A stretch of DNA of 64,000 bases, from assembly GCA_017622175.1 (NCBI GenBank), contig JAGARQ010000029.1, positions 30,002 through 94,001 of the forward strand, given 5' to 3'. Position numbers and translations under genes: made by a program. Of this stretch, positions 63,585 to 64,000 are shown one piece after another; positions within the stretch are counted from its first letter, which is position 1; each line of letters opens with the position of its first letter. Source of the DNA: Bacilli bacterium. GTDB taxonomy: Bacteria; Bacillota_I; Bacilli_A; RF39; UBA660. The notes beneath the pieces are model-generated. The model was not told where the DNA came from. It made no database searches and was given only the letters and a program-made list of their open reading frames with translations.

Positions 63585-63618
63585 AAGTTATCACCTCTAT
63601 TACTTTTATTATAACATA

Positions 63619-63975
63619 TTATTTTTTCTCATTAATAGTCTTTTGATATACTTTTGGTTTGTCGGTTGACAATTCATCCATTGTAAGGTCATAATCAATT
63701 TCTCTTACTCGTTGTTTTAAAGCTTCTCTTTCAACAATTCTTTTTACTGCACAAATAGAATTTACAATTACACTTGCACCACTTGTTACACCTACTAAAT
63801 TGTCAATAACTTCGTTATTAGTAAGTTCTCCACCTATACTAAAAATCGCAAGAGCCATGCCAAGTCCTAGAAAGGCAAACATACCATTTCTATTTATTTT
63901 AAAATATAAATCATTGATAGTAGTTTGATACTCTTCTTTTAATTTTTTTGCATATTCTCTTTGTTGTTCATTCAT
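63619..63975 (-). CDS. Small membrane protein (2 TM)
   Basis: 118 aa. GMFAFLGLGMALAIFSIGG and GVTSGASVIVNSICAV helices. RBS GGGAGG upstream. Confidence 0.4.
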   Translation of the reverse strand: MNEQQREYAKKLKEEYQTTINDLYFKINRNGMFAFLGLGMALAIFSIGGELTNNEVIDNLVGVTSGASVIVNSICAVKRIVEREALKQRVREIDYDLTMDELSTDKPKVYQKTINEKK

Positions 63976-64000
63976 AATGAACCTCCCTAAGCTTTGGAGA

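Noticed and set aside
1-64000. CRISPR arrays, rRNA/tRNA genes, IS elements
   Set aside because: I noticed no regularly spaced direct repeats. Intergenic gaps are short, with the longest truly non-coding gaps about 150 nt or less (the apparent 264-nt gap in the ORF track at 33954-34217 holds the 55-aa pilin ORF). They are AT-rich, without tRNA-like GC-rich stems. No transposase-like ORF was seen.

Overview
This is a low-GC, spore-former-type Bacillota chromosome segment, almost entirely coded on the minus strand. I saw no rRNA, tRNA, CRISPR array, transposase, integrase or relaxase. All family assignments are from motif reading by eye, not database searches.

Left part (1-19.3 kb): sporulation and housekeeping genes. 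These are a YunB-like ORF missing from the track, a YlmC/YmxH-like protein, sigG, ttcA, trmL, a U32 peptidase and two tandem small membrane paralogs. They are followed by rubrerythrin plus a Fur-family regulator whose promoter carries a perfect 7-1-7 Fur box, then spoVID/ysxE-like genes, lon, tig, trpS, rmuC, a DedA/TVP38 protein and a rhodanese.

Centre (19,315-45,813): a 26.5-kb, 22-ORF, single-strand cluster bracketed by rho-independent terminators. It interleaves two modules.
- Tad/Flp pilus module: CpaB-like protein, CpaF/TadA ATPase, TadB- and TadC-like platform proteins, an unannotated 55-aa Flp-like pilin with its own promoter, two pseudopilin-like proteins, and a TadZ-like protein with a degenerate P-loop.
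- Gram-positive type IV secretion module: VirB2/TrbC-like hairpin proteins, a VirB6-like protein, a PrgI/VirB3-like protein, a two-ORF VirB4, a SpoIID-plus-Cys-peptidase wall hydrolase, and VirD4 with a long acidic-aromatic tail.
- Accessory genes: a class B sortase, a 993-aa Cys-rich secreted protein, and DUF6273-like surface proteins at both ends.

This relaxase-less Tad-T4SS hybrid is the main candidate for an undescribed system.

Right part (45.9-64 kb): a B. subtilis-like greA and yrrO-yrrN-[insert]-yrrM(trmR)-mltG-yrzB-ruvX-yrzL block. It is interrupted by an NlpC/P60 hydrolase fused to the same VirB2-like hairpin. After it come a rhomboid protease, TspO, a hybrid histidine kinase, an adenylate-forming enzyme and an rluD-type synthase.

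Several ORF-track starts were shortened where the listed GTG/TTG start lies inside the Shine-Dalgarno sequence.
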